Shown here: positions 38,126 to 46,773 of the stretch, piece after piece
Numbering within the stretch: the stretch's first letter is position 1
Layout of the letters: the number at the start of each line of letters is the position of its first letter
Assembly (NCBI GenBank): GCA_031373545.1
Contig: JANMMT010000216.1
Coordinates: forward strand, 1,978 to 65,977
Length of the DNA: 64,000 bases
Source of the DNA: Hyphomicrobiales bacterium
GTDB taxonomy: Bacteria; Pseudomonadota; Alphaproteobacteria; Rhizobiales; Beijerinckiaceae
Direction: 5' to 3'
Notes under the pieces: generated by a model
What the model was told of the DNA's origin: nothing
Databases searched by the model: none
The model's input: only the letters and a program-made list of their open reading frames with translations
Translations under genes and position numbers: made by a program

Positions 38126-39409
38126 ATGTGGTATCTGACGACAACTCTCATCTGGTGGCTTCTGGCTGCTCTCGCTCTTGGTGTCGTGGTGGGTTGGTTC
38201 TCCTGCCGCCACGAACCGCGCAAGGATGGCCTGGGCTGGGTCGGCCTGGCGCTGATCGCATTCATCATCGGCCTGTTCGTGAGCGCTCTCACGCTCATCA
38301 AGGGCAAGGCCGGACTCTGGTTCGATACGGCCATGCTGTTTGCGGCGGCGTATTTCATCGGCTGCTGCATCGGCTGTCTCTTTGGCCGGCAAGCGGTGGC
38401 GGCCGTGCCCGCGGCATCGGTTGCGGCGCCTGTGGCCGCGGCAGTGATGGCAAAACCTGCGCCGGTCGCAGCTGCGCCTGCTGCCATTCGTCCCTATCAA
38501 TGGCAGGCCGCCAAGGATGGAACAGCTGTAACGCTGACCGGCTACGTGCCGACGGATGATGTGCGCGGCAAGGTCGTTGCTTCGGCGAAAGCGGCGCTGG
38601 CTCCTTCACCGATCGTCGACAAGTTGCAGATTGGCGCGGGTGCACCTGCAAACATGGACGGCATGGCGGCGACCGCTTTCGGTCATCTGGCCAAGCTCGA
38701 CAAGGGCATCGCCAGCCTGATCGACACGAAGTATACGCTGACCGGCATTGCGGGCACGCAGCCCAACTATGACGGTGTCATGGGCATGGTGAAGACGTTG
38801 CCGTCAGGCTTCAGCCTGGCAAAGGCGGACATCGTTGCACCGCCTGCGCCCAAGGTTGCCGCGCCAGCGCCCAAACCTGCTGCACTCAAACCTGCCGTTC
38901 CCAAACCTGCCGTCACCAAACCAGCTCCCGCTCCTGTTGCTGTCAAAGCCCCTGAGCCTGCGGCTGCGCCAAAGATCGAGGGTGAAGACAAGGTGCCTGG
39001 CCGGCGTCCCGCTGGCCTGGTGGGTCCGCGCGGCGGTGTGGCGGATGATCTTAAGCGCATCCGCGGCATCGGCCGTCAGAACGAGGGACGGCTGCACGGT
39101 CTGGGCATCTGGCACTTTGATCAGGTTGCGTCCTGGGTGAAGGATGAGGCGCTCTGGGTTGGCAGCTACCTCGCCTTTCCTGGGCGCATCGAGCGCGAAG
39201 AATGGATCAAGCAGGCGAAAACATTGGCCGCCGGCAAGGAGACCGAGTTCTCCAGGCGTGTCGCCAAAGGCAAGGTCGCCACATCGCAGGATGATGGCAA
39301 GACGGGCCAATCCAATGTGGAGGTCGTCAAGCCCCTGCGCGCCGTGGCCGGCAAAGCACCCGCAAAAGCAACGCCTGCCAAACCAGCACCCGCCAAACCC
39401 AAGAAGTAA
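38126..39409 (+). CDS. Polytopic membrane protein with one copy of the neighbour's repeat module, a Pro/Ala/Lys-rich linker and an HhH-like C-terminal domain
   Basis: Three N-terminal TM helices. The module at 38489-38848 (RPYQWQAAKDGTAVTLTGYVP...LPSGFSLAKADIVAP) has 64 of 118 positions identical to module 2 of the upstream gene, by hand alignment. A KPA-rich linker follows, then DDLKRIRGIGRQNEGRLHGLGIWHFDQVASW...GRIEREEWIKQAKTLAAG. Confidence 0.8.
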   Translation: MWYLTTTLIWWLLAALALGVVVGWFSCRHEPRKDGLGWVGLALIAFIIGLFVSALTLIKGKAGLWFDTAMLFAAAYFIGCCIGCLFGRQAVAAVPAASVAAPVAAAVMAKPAPVAAAPAAIRPYQWQAAKDGTAVTLTGYVPTDDVRGKVVASAKAALAPSPIVDKLQIGAGAPANMDGMAATAFGHLAKLDKGIASLIDTKYTLTGIAGTQPNYDGVMGMVKTLPSGFSLAKADIVAPPAPKVAAPAPKPAALKPAVPKPAVTKPAPAPVAVKAPEPAAAPKIEGEDKVPGRRPAGLVGPRGGVADDLKRIRGIGRQNEGRLHGLGIWHFDQVASWVKDEALWVGSYLAFPGRIEREEWIKQAKTLAAGKETEFSRRVAKGKVATSQDDGKTGQSNVEVVKPLRAVAGKAPAKATPAKPAPAKPKK

Positions 39410-39492
39410 TCTGGCCCGGAAATGATCTGATCCGGAAGTGGATCAGACCTTGCAACTCTGCCGCAAACCCGGTCACGGGCTTCGGCACAATC

Positions 39493-39525
39493 AAAAAAGG
39501 GCGCCTCGTAGGGGCGCCCTTTTTT
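39493..39525. terminator. Bidirectional rho-independent terminator between convergent genes
   Basis: AAAAAA-GGGCGCC (39499-39505), 7-nt loop, GGCGCCC (39513-39519)-TTTTTT. A and T runs on either side allow termination in both directions. A second hairpin, TCTGATCC/GGATCAGA, lies at 39426-39447. Confidence 0.75.
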
Positions 39526-39557
39526 CCTGGAACAGCACCGGATGATTCCCGCTGGTG

Positions 39558-40409
39558 CTAGACCTTCGGTGCATCCGCGCCGGTGAGTGCCTGTGTTTTT
39601 TCGGCTTGCCAGGCCTTGTTGAGGGTGCGGTAGCGGGCAACCCCCACGGGGATCAGCGCGAGATAGATGAGGATCAATCCCGCCAGCGTCTCAAATGTGT
39701 GCATGAACAAAAGCGCCACCAATGCCACTGCCCCTGTGAACACCAACAGGACATAGCGCCGATCAATGGTCATGCTGATCTTCTTCGATGACACGGTCGG
39801 AATGGTGCTAACCGTGAAAAATGCGATCAGAAGCGTGTAGACAAGAACCATTACAGGCAGGCCGGGAAAGCTGGGGAAGCCCGCGAGCGTGGCATAAAGG
39901 GGCAGCATCACGCAGGCCGCGCCCATGGGTGCCGGCATGCCGACGAAGAAGCCCTTCATCCATTCGGGACGGTTAGGGTCATCGAGCATCACGTTGAAGC
40001 GCGCGAGGCGCAGCACCATGGCGATGGCGAAGACGAGGCAGACAATCCACCCCAGTGATTTCAGATCTTTCAAAACCCAGAAATACAGCACGAGCGCCGG
40101 AACGCAGCCGAAGTTGACAAAATCGGCGAGCGAATCCAGCTCAGCACCAAAGCGCGATGTGCCCTTGAGCAGACGCGCCAGATTGCCGTCGATGCCATCC
40201 AGAAATGCTGCGACCAGAATGGCATAGACCGCAGCTTCGAAGCGCCCCTCGATGGCAAGGCGGATCGCCGTCAGTCCGAGGCACAGCGCCAGCAATGTAA
40301 CGAGATTGGGGATGAGCACGCGCAATGGAATGGGCTGAAAACGCCGCTTCCGGGGCTCGTCAGCATCAGGCTGGAAAGGGGGGAACAGTTCGCCGATGGG
40401 ATCGCTCAT
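39558..40409 (-). CDS. pssA: CDP-diacylglycerol--serine O-phosphatidyltransferase
   Basis: CDP-alcohol phosphatidyltransferase motif DGIDGNLARLLKGTSRFGAELDSLAD in a polytopic membrane protein. Sits downstream of psd. Confidence 0.9.
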   Translation of the reverse strand: MSDPIGELFPPFQPDADEPRKRRFQPIPLRVLIPNLVTLLALCLGLTAIRLAIEGRFEAAVYAILVAAFLDGIDGNLARLLKGTSRFGAELDSLADFVNFGCVPALVLYFWVLKDLKSLGWIVCLVFAIAMVLRLARFNVMLDDPNRPEWMKGFFVGMPAPMGAACVMLPLYATLAGFPSFPGLPVMVLVYTLLIAFFTVSTIPTVSSKKISMTIDRRYVLLVFTGAVALVALLFMHTFETLAGLILIYLALIPVGVARYRTLNKAWQAEKTQALTGADAPKV

Positions 40410-40514
40410 GGCGCGGACTTAAGCCCATCCCGCACAAAAGGAAAAGGGCCAGAGCATTTTCAAGCGATGTGCGGACCGGTTCGCATTGGGAAAATGCGAC
40501 AATGAAACTTAAGC

Positions 40515-41219
40515 CTATGCGGTCTTGAAAAACCGCTGCCCTTCGGCTGAGCCGATGTCGGCCAACACGGTTTCGCCCGCCAAGGCCGTCTGCCCCACGC
40601 TCACCATCGGCGCCGTGCCAACGGGGAGGTAGACATCCACGCGCGATCCGAAGCGGATCAGGCCAAAGCGCTCGCCCTGGGCCAGCACGGCCCCTTCCTT
40701 CGCGTGGTCGAAACTGACGATGCGCCGGGCAATCAGCCCGGCAATCTGCACCACACCCAGCTTGACCTGCCCCTGCTCCAGCACAAGGCTGCTGCGCTCA
40801 TTGTCTTCGCTTGCCTTGTCGAGATCGGCGCTCAGAAACAGCCCGGGTTTGTGCACCATCTTGATGATCCGCCCCGCCAGCGGCGCGCGGTTCACATGGC
40901 AATCAAACACCGACATGAAGATCGTGACACGGGGCAGCGGCTTGTCGCCCAAATCCAGCTCGGGCGGAGGCACGAAGGCCCCGATCAGGTCCACACGGCC
41001 ATCGGCCGGGCTCACCACAAGACCATCGCGCTGCGGCGTTACACGGGGCGGATCGCGGAAGAAATAGGCGCACCACGCCGTCAGGATCCAGCCCAGCCAG
41101 CCCAGCGGCGACCAGAGCCAACCCAGGATCATCGCGGCCAGCGCGAAGATGCCGATGAAGAGATAGCCCTCGGGATGGACGGGCACGATCTGTTTGCGAA
41201 TGGAAGAGAAAATGGACAT
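40515..41219 (-). CDS. psd: Phosphatidylserine decarboxylase proenzyme (short alphaproteobacterial type)
   Basis: ATG 41219 is preceded by AAGGAG. Contains [10 protein letters not shown]...VVSPADGRV...HVNRAP...[15 protein letters not shown] (G-S self-cleavage region). Confidence 0.9.
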   Translation of the reverse strand: MSIFSSIRKQIVPVHPEGYLFIGIFALAAMILGWLWSPLGWLGWILTAWCAYFFRDPPRVTPQRDGLVVSPADGRVDLIGAFVPPPELDLGDKPLPRVTIFMSVFDCHVNRAPLAGRIIKMVHKPGLFLSADLDKASEDNERSSLVLEQGQVKLGVVQIAGLIARRIVSFDHAKEGAVLAQGERFGLIRFGSRVDVYLPVGTAPMVSVGQTALAGETVLADIGSAEGQRFFKTA

Positions 41220-41258
41220 GAGGCTCCTTAACGGGCGCACAGGAAAATGGGAAGCGCC

Positions 41259-43178
41259 TCAACCATCCAGTTTCACGCGAACGGTCTCGCCCTCGGCTTC
41301 CGCCGCCCGCTTCAGGGTTTCGCGGGCCGCATCCGCCTCGCGCTGGCGGTTCCACATCGAGGCGTAGACGCCGTTTTGCGCCAGCAGCACATCATGGCGC
41401 CCGCGCTCGGCGATGACGCCCTTTTCAAGCACGATGATCTCGTCCGCGTTGACCACAGTGGACAGGCGGTGGGCGATGACGATTGTGGTGCGGTCCGCCG
41501 ACACACGGTCGAGCGCTTCCTGAATTTCGCGCTCGGTGTGGGTGTCGAGGGCCGAAGTGGCCTCGTCGAGCACCAGAATCGGCGGTGCCTTGAGGATCGT
41601 GCGGGCAATCGCCACACGCTGCTTTTCACCCCCCGACAGCTTCAGCCCGCGCTCGCCGACCTGGCTCTGATATCCCTCGGGCAGTTGTGCAATGAACCGA
41701 TCGATCTGCGCCAGGCGCGCCGCCTCGCGAATGTCGTCTTCGCTCGCACCGGCGCGGCCATAGGCGATGTTGTAGAGGATGCTGTCGTTGAACAGCACGG
41801 TGTCCTGCGGCACCATGCCGATGGCATCGCGCAGCGAGGCCTGAGTCACGTTGCGGATGTCCTGGTCATCGATGAGAATACGCCCGCCGGAGATGTCGTA
41901 GAAGCGGTAGAGCAGCCGCGAGATCGTCGACTTGCCTGCGCCCGAGGGTCCCACGATGGCGACAGTACCCCCCGGCGGCACCTCGAAGCTGATGCCCTTC
42001 AAAATCGGCCGCTCGGGGTTGTAGGCGAAGGTGACATTTTCAAAGCGCACCGCGCCCGCTGTCACGGCCAGCGCGGGCACGCCGGGCACATCCTCAACCT
42101 CGGCATTGGTGGACAAAATGTCGAACATCTTCTCGATGTCGACGAGGGCCTGCTTGATCTCGCGGTAGACCATTCCCATGAAATTGAGCGGTTGGTAGAG
42201 CTGGATCAGCATGGCGTTGATCAACACGAAATCACCCACCGTGCCGCGCCCGGCCAGCACATCGCCCGCCGACATGGCCATGCAAGCCGTCAGGCCAGCT
42301 GTAAAGATGACCACTTGGCCCGAGTTGAGCATGGCGAGCGAGACGTAGCTTTTGGTGCTGGCTTTTTCATACACCGCCATGGAGCGATCGAAGCGGGCGT
42401 TCTCGCGCTTTTCAGCGCCGAAATATTTGACTGTCTCATAGTTGAGCAGGCTGTCGATCGCCTTGGTATTGGCGTCCGTGTCGCTGTCATTCATCTGACG
42501 GCGGATGGCGATGCGCCAGTTGGTGGCCGACACCGTGAACCAGAGATACGCCGTGATCATCACCACGATCACCGCCACATAGCGCCAGTCATAGGCGAAG
42601 TAGAACACCCCGCAGACCAGTGTGAATTCGATGATTGTGGGAATGAGCGTGAGCAGCGCCATGCGCGACAGCTCCTCGATGCCGCGACGCCCGCGCTCCA
42701 GCACGCGGGTCAGACCGCCCGTCTTGCGCTCCAAATGAAAACGCAACGAGAGCTTGTGCATATGCTCGAAGGTCTTGTTCGCCAGCTTGCGCACGGCGTG
42801 CATGGACACCGCCGCGAAGATGCCATCCCGCAACTGCTGCAACAGCGCCATCGCCACGCGGGCCATGCCGTAGAGCACGGTTGCGGCGATGGGTGCGCCG
42901 ATCAGCCACGGCAGCACGCTGGCAACCGTGATGCCGCCCCCCTGCCCTGCCGCGACCAGCGCATCCGTCGCCCACTTGAAAGTGAATGGCACCGTGATGG
43001 TGACCAGTTTGGCAATGAGAATGAACACGAAGGCCAGCACCACGCGGCCTTGCAGATCGCGCCTGTCCGATGGCCACAGATAGGGCCACAGCAGAATGAG
43101 CGTGCCGAGCATGGATTGATCAGCGGAAGGCTGCGGAGATGGGGGCGCCTTGGACGACGCCGGTGAAACAACGGACAT
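41259..43178 (-). CDS. ABCB-type exporter, Atm1/ABCB7-like (permease + ATPase)
   Basis: Six-helix TMD plus NBD: Walker A GPSGAGKST, signature LSGGEKQR, Walker B ILVLDEATSALD. Overall resemblance to alphaproteobacterial Atm1 homologues. Confidence 0.88.
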   Translation of the reverse strand: MSVVSPASSKAPPSPQPSADQSMLGTLILLWPYLWPSDRRDLQGRVVLAFVFILIAKLVTITVPFTFKWATDALVAAGQGGGITVASVLPWLIGAPIAATVLYGMARVAMALLQQLRDGIFAAVSMHAVRKLANKTFEHMHKLSLRFHLERKTGGLTRVLERGRRGIEELSRMALLTLIPTIIEFTLVCGVFYFAYDWRYVAVIVVMITAYLWFTVSATNWRIAIRRQMNDSDTDANTKAIDSLLNYETVKYFGAEKRENARFDRSMAVYEKASTKSYVSLAMLNSGQVVIFTAGLTACMAMSAGDVLAGRGTVGDFVLINAMLIQLYQPLNFMGMVYREIKQALVDIEKMFDILSTNAEVEDVPGVPALAVTAGAVRFENVTFAYNPERPILKGISFEVPPGGTVAIVGPSGAGKSTISRLLYRFYDISGGRILIDDQDIRNVTQASLRDAIGMVPQDTVLFNDSILYNIAYGRAGASEDDIREAARLAQIDRFIAQLPEGYQSQVGERGLKLSGGEKQRVAIARTILKAPPILVLDEATSALDTHTEREIQEALDRVSADRTTIVIAHRLSTVVNADEIIVLEKGVIAERGRHDVLLAQNGVYASMWNRQREADAARETLKRAAEAEGETVRVKLDG

Positions 43179-43256
43179 TCAAACGATTCCAATCTTTCAC
43201 GCTCATATAGGATGCGCGGATAGACATTGCACGGTGGCGAAAAGGCCTACCTGAGA

Positions 43257-43715
43257 TCAAACGGGAGGAACCGGGTAGATCGCATCCGCACGCGCCTCGA
43301 AGGATTCGGCCATGCGGCGGAACACCGCCTCGAACACCGCGCCCGCCAGCAACTGAAAGGCGCGCGAACGGAAGGCATAATCGATGTCAAACACCACGTT
43401 GCAGCCTTTTGGCGCGGGTTCAAAGCTCCAGCGGTTTTCCAGATGGCTGAAGGGGCCATCCACATATTCCACCAGAATCTTGAGATTGGGGCGATCCAGC
43501 GCCACGCGGCTGGTGAAGCTCTCGCGGATCATCTTGTAACCGATGGACATATCGGCCAGCAACACTTCGGAGCCGTTCACACCCGTGGTCCGGCGGCGGA
43601 TGGTGAGCGCACTGCACATCGGCACGAACTCGGGATAGCGCTGCACATCCGCAACCAGATCAAACATCTGTTCGGGCGAATGGCGCACGGAGCGCGTGGT
43701 GACATAGCGCGGCAT
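43257..43715 (-). CDS. ratA: SRPBCC/START-domain protein, RatA / COQ10-like
   Basis: From ATG 43715: MPRYVTTRSVRHSPEQMFDLVADVQRYPEFVPMC, typical of the RatA/Coq10 family. Confidence 0.8.
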   Translation of the reverse strand: MPRYVTTRSVRHSPEQMFDLVADVQRYPEFVPMCSALTIRRRTTGVNGSEVLLADMSIGYKMIRESFTSRVALDRPNLKILVEYVDGPFSHLENRWSFEPAPKGCNVVFDIDYAFRSRAFQLLAGAVFEAVFRRMAESFEARADAIYPVPPV

Positions 43716-43828
43716 CAGACCACGCCGCATTTCGATTGAACAATCAAAACAGCGGAAACGTGCTCCGCAACAATAACTTGGAGCATGTCCTTCTCCATTA
43801 TCCGGGTCCCACTGATTTGCGACATGCC

Positions 43829-44419
43829 CTAACCGAAGACGCCCACGCCAATGAGATAGCGGTGGAGGCCAAAAATCATGGCGAGGTAAAACACCACGCC
43901 GCCAATAACCGCCGTGGCATCATGGCCCGGGTTGGGAATGAGGGCAGGCCCCTCCTCTGCCGGGCGACGGCGCATGCTGATGAAGGCCACAACCGCCCAG
44001 GCCAGAAACGAACCAAACAGAATGATGGACCCCAGATCACCGTTGGCCAACAGATGCGCCAGCGCCCATGTCTTGACCGCCAGAATCATGGGGTGCTTCA
44101 GCTGCGCCTTGATGAACCCATGACCGAACGAAGACAGCAGCAGCGGCAAGGCCGGCAGCATGATCAGCGCCGCCAGATGGCGCGTCCAGGTCGGAGGATC
44201 CCACAGCGGGATGTACCCCGCGCTGCGGTAACTCGCGTATCCCCAGACGATCAGCACAAAGCCAATGAGCGAAAGCACACTGTAGACCACCTTGTAGATC
44301 TCCGGCCCGACCTTGGCGACCAGCGCCGCGCGATTGCCCCGCTGCATGCTGTAGCTGTGTGTGCCCAGAAACAGGATGAGGCCGGTCATGAGGATTAAAA
44401 TTGTCATATTCTGGCGCAT
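43829..44419 (-). CDS. NnrU-family membrane protein
   Basis: ILMTGLILFLGTHSYSM...YKVVYSVLSLIGFVLIVWGY...KHPMILAVKTWALAHLLANG. The start could instead be 44407. Confidence 0.8.
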   Translation of the reverse strand: MRQNMTILILMTGLILFLGTHSYSMQRGNRAALVAKVGPEIYKVVYSVLSLIGFVLIVWGYASYRSAGYIPLWDPPTWTRHLAALIMLPALPLLLSSFGHGFIKAQLKHPMILAVKTWALAHLLANGDLGSIILFGSFLAWAVVAFISMRRRPAEEGPALIPNPGHDATAVIGGVVFYLAMIFGLHRYLIGVGVFG

Positions 44420-44541
44420 AGCACATGTGCCCGCGCAAAATCATCACTCTTTCATACATAATCCATCGGCCGAAACTTGCATTACGACCCAGACAAGGCT
44501 TTGGCTGCGCCGTGCCTGATGCGGGCCGTGAAGGACCTCCC

Positions 44542-45732
44542 TTGACCTTTGAGACCACCACCGATGTGATTGTGCTGGGCGCGGGCGCGGCGGGCATGAT
44601 GTGTGCCATCGAAGCCGGGCGGCGCGGCAAGCGTGTGCTGGTGCTCGACCACGCCAAGGCACCGGGCGAAAAAATCCGTATCTCTGGCGGCGGGCGCTGC
44701 AACTTCACCAATGTGCATTGCGGGCCCAAAAATTTTCTCTCCGACAATCCCTATTTCGCCATCTCGGCGCTCAAGGCCTACACGCCGCAGGATTTCATGG
44801 CTCAGGTCAAAAAGCGCGGCATTGCCTTTCACGAAAAAGCACTGGGCCAACTTTTTTGCGACGGTTCTGCGCGCGAGATCATCGCCATGCTGACCGATGC
44901 GATGGCCGAAGTGGGGGCCAAGTTGCTGCTGGACACGCACATCCACGCCATCACGCGCGAGGGGGTTGATTACTGCGTGCAAACCTCCGTCGGCCCCTTG
45001 TGCGCGCAGCGCCTTGTGGTGGCGACGGGCGGCAAATCCATCCCCAAAATGGGCGCGACGGGCCTGGGCTACGATCTGGCCAAGCAATTCGGCCACACGC
45101 TCACCGAAACGCGCCCTGCGCTGGTGCCCTTCACCTGGCCCGCCAACATGCTGGAGAACTGGGGCGGGTTGTCCGGCGTGTCGCTGCCAGTGCGCGCCAC
45201 GTGCCACAAGGGTGTGTTTGATGAAGCGCTGCTGATGACCCACCGGGGCATCTCTGGCCCGGCCATGTTGCAGGTGTCCTCCTATTGGCGCGAGGGCGAC
45301 GGCGTGGAAATCGACCTGCTGCCCGGCGTGGATGCGGCTGCCTATCTCAGGGCCGAGCGGACAATGCGGCCCAAAAGCGCCCCCTCGACAGCGCTCGCCG
45401 ACATCATGCCCAAACGGCTGGCGCAACAACTGGGGGATGAACTCAAACTGGTGGGCGCGCGCCTGACGGACCTCAGCAACGGGGCCATCGACAAACTGGC
45501 GGCCAGCCTGAAGCGCTTCACCTTCACGCCCGGCGGCACAGAGGGCTACCGCACGGCGGAGGTGACGCTGGGCGGCGTGGTGACCGATGGTCTCAACCAG
45601 AAAACCATGGAGAGCAAACTGAGCCCCGGCCTGTTCTTCATCGGCGAGGTTGTGGACGTGACGGGACATCTGGGCGGGCATAATTTCCAGTGGGCCTGGG
45701 CCTCGGGCGCCGCCGCCGGACGGCATGTGTAG
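44542..45732 (+). CDS. HI0933/YhiN-family NAD(FAD)-utilising flavoprotein
   Basis: DVIVLGAGAAGMMCA dinucleotide-binding motif, KIRISGGGRCNFTN, and C-terminal FFIGEVVDVTGHLGGHNFQWAWASG. I prefer the TTG at 44542 (AAGGA 6 nt upstream). The track start 44425 would sit only 5 nt from the divergent nnrU start. Confidence 0.8.
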   Translation: MTFETTTDVIVLGAGAAGMMCAIEAGRRGKRVLVLDHAKAPGEKIRISGGGRCNFTNVHCGPKNFLSDNPYFAISALKAYTPQDFMAQVKKRGIAFHEKALGQLFCDGSAREIIAMLTDAMAEVGAKLLLDTHIHAITREGVDYCVQTSVGPLCAQRLVVATGGKSIPKMGATGLGYDLAKQFGHTLTETRPALVPFTWPANMLENWGGLSGVSLPVRATCHKGVFDEALLMTHRGISGPAMLQVSSYWREGDGVEIDLLPGVDAAAYLRAERTMRPKSAPSTALADIMPKRLAQQLGDELKLVGARLTDLSNGAIDKLAASLKRFTFTPGGTEGYRTAEVTLGGVVTDGLNQKTMESKLSPGLFFIGEVVDVTGHLGGHNFQWAWASGAAAGRHV

Positions 45733-45735
45733 GGC

Positions 45736-45963
45736 TCAGCCCTTGCCTTCCAGAAAGGCCTCGACCTCATCGAGGTCTGCCGAATAATTGTAATCCTTGT
45801 TGCCAAACACGATCGCCAAGGTCTTGCCATCCCGCAGCATGTAGCCGCCGTGCGCGAGGATCAGCTTGTCAGGCTTTTGCGAGATCATGAAATGCAGCCC
45901 GAGGCGTGTGCACAGCCTGCGCACGCGCCGCTCGCGTGATGGATCGGAGTTTTTGTAGCTCAT
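45736..45963 (-). CDS. Small conserved hypothetical protein (75 aa)
   Basis: RERRVRRLCTRLGLHFMISQK...HGGYMLRD...NYSADLDEVEAFL resembles a recurring small-protein pattern I recall from unannotated bacterial ORFs (basic helix, GGYML.D, YS..LD.VE..L). No strong Shine-Dalgarno sequence. Confidence 0.45.
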   Translation of the reverse strand: MSYKNSDPSRERRVRRLCTRLGLHFMISQKPDKLILAHGGYMLRDGKTLAIVFGNKDYNYSADLDEVEAFLEGKG

Positions 45964-46050
45964 GGAATGTGGCTCACAGCGTGACTCGCATGGTTCGATT
46001 TGCCTTGCTCCAACACGATTTTAAAGAATCTTGCAATTGAAGCCATAACA

Positions 46051-46072
46051 GACTAGTTATCTGACTAGTTAT
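46051..46072 (+). promoter_or_regulatory. Tandem GACTAGTTAT repeats (each holding the palindrome ACTAGT), candidate VapB operator
   Basis: GACTAGTTAT occurs at 46051-46060 and again at 46063-46072, 15-36 nt upstream of the vapB start. The surrounding 60-nt stretch has 20 G+C of 60 by my count. Confidence 0.4.
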
Positions 46073-46086
46073 TTATGGGGCGCGAG

Positions 46087-46341
46087 ATGAAAAGCTGGCC
46101 AGTGCAGGATGCCAAGGCGCGATTCAGCGAACTTCTGGAGAGTTGCATGACAGATGGACCGCAACTTGTGACCAAACGCGGTGCTGATGCGGCTGTGCTG
46201 GTTCCTGTCAAAGAATGGAAACGGTTGCAACAATCGACACGGCCGAGCCTCAAAGACCTGTTGCTTGCAGATTTTGCACGGTTCGATCTGAACATTCCAC
46301 CACGTGGAAAACTGCGCAGACGCCCACCTGTTGAACTTTGA
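46087..46341 (+). CDS. vapB: Type II antitoxin, Phd/YefM-type (VapB)
   Basis: MKSWPVQDAKARFSELLESCMTDGPQLVTKRGADAAVLVPVKEWKRL is the typical Phd/YefM-type N-terminal fold sequence. Its stop overlaps the toxin start (TGATG). Confidence 0.85.
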   Translation: MKSWPVQDAKARFSELLESCMTDGPQLVTKRGADAAVLVPVKEWKRLQQSTRPSLKDLLLADFARFDLNIPPRGKLRRRPPVEL

Positions 46342-46757
46342 TGGCGATGTATCTGCTGGATACCAACGTCATTTCAGAACTGCGCCGCTCCAAACCGCAC
46401 GGGGCGGTGCTGGCGTGGCTCAACAGCGTCGATGACAAAGACCTGCATGTGTCTGCCGTGACCATCGGCGAGATACAGGCGGGCATCGAAATCACGCGGG
46501 AACAGGACAGAGCCAAGGCGGCAGAGATCGAGGCGTGGCTGAACCAGGTGGCAGGCACCTTCAATGTGATGCCTATGGATGCGCGAGCATTTCGCGCCTA
46601 TGCGCGGCTGATGCACGGGCGGTCGGATGATCTGATTGAAGATGCAATGATTGCTGCGACGGCGTTGGTGCACGGGCTGGTGGTGGTGACGCGTAACGTG
46701 CGAGATTTTGACGGGATGGGCGTGAAGGTGCTTGATCCGTTTGGGTTTGGTGTATGA
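46341..46757 (+). CDS. vapC: PIN-domain toxin (VapC / FitB-like)
   Basis: MAMYLLDTNVISELRR...VTIGEIQAGI...DAMIAATALVHGLVVVTRNVRDF contains the PIN acidic residues D, E, D and (T)RN. Confidence 0.88.
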   Translation: MAMYLLDTNVISELRRSKPHGAVLAWLNSVDDKDLHVSAVTIGEIQAGIEITREQDRAKAAEIEAWLNQVAGTFNVMPMDARAFRAYARLMHGRSDDLIEDAMIAATALVHGLVVVTRNVRDFDGMGVKVLDPFGFGV

Positions 46758-46773
46758 AGCAAGCTGTCTCCCC

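Noticed and set aside
38860-38990. KPA/PAP periodicity as a DNA-level tandem repeat or VNTR
   Set aside because: The nucleotide units are not identical copies. This is low-complexity coding sequence (a proline/alanine/lysine linker) within an intact reading frame.
41247-43166. 639-aa plus-strand ORF almost exactly co-extensive with the minus-strand 639-aa ORF (41259..43178)
   Set aside because: The minus-strand product has complete ABC exporter motifs: Walker A, LSGGEKQR, Walker B and a six-helix TMD. The plus-strand product is an Arg/His/Gly/Asp-rich low-complexity sequence, typical of antisense frames in high-GC DNA.
46051-46072. Possible CRISPR-like or tandem-repeat array
   Set aside because: There are only two 10-bp copies with a 2-bp spacer, far too short for CRISPR. 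They are better explained as an operator.
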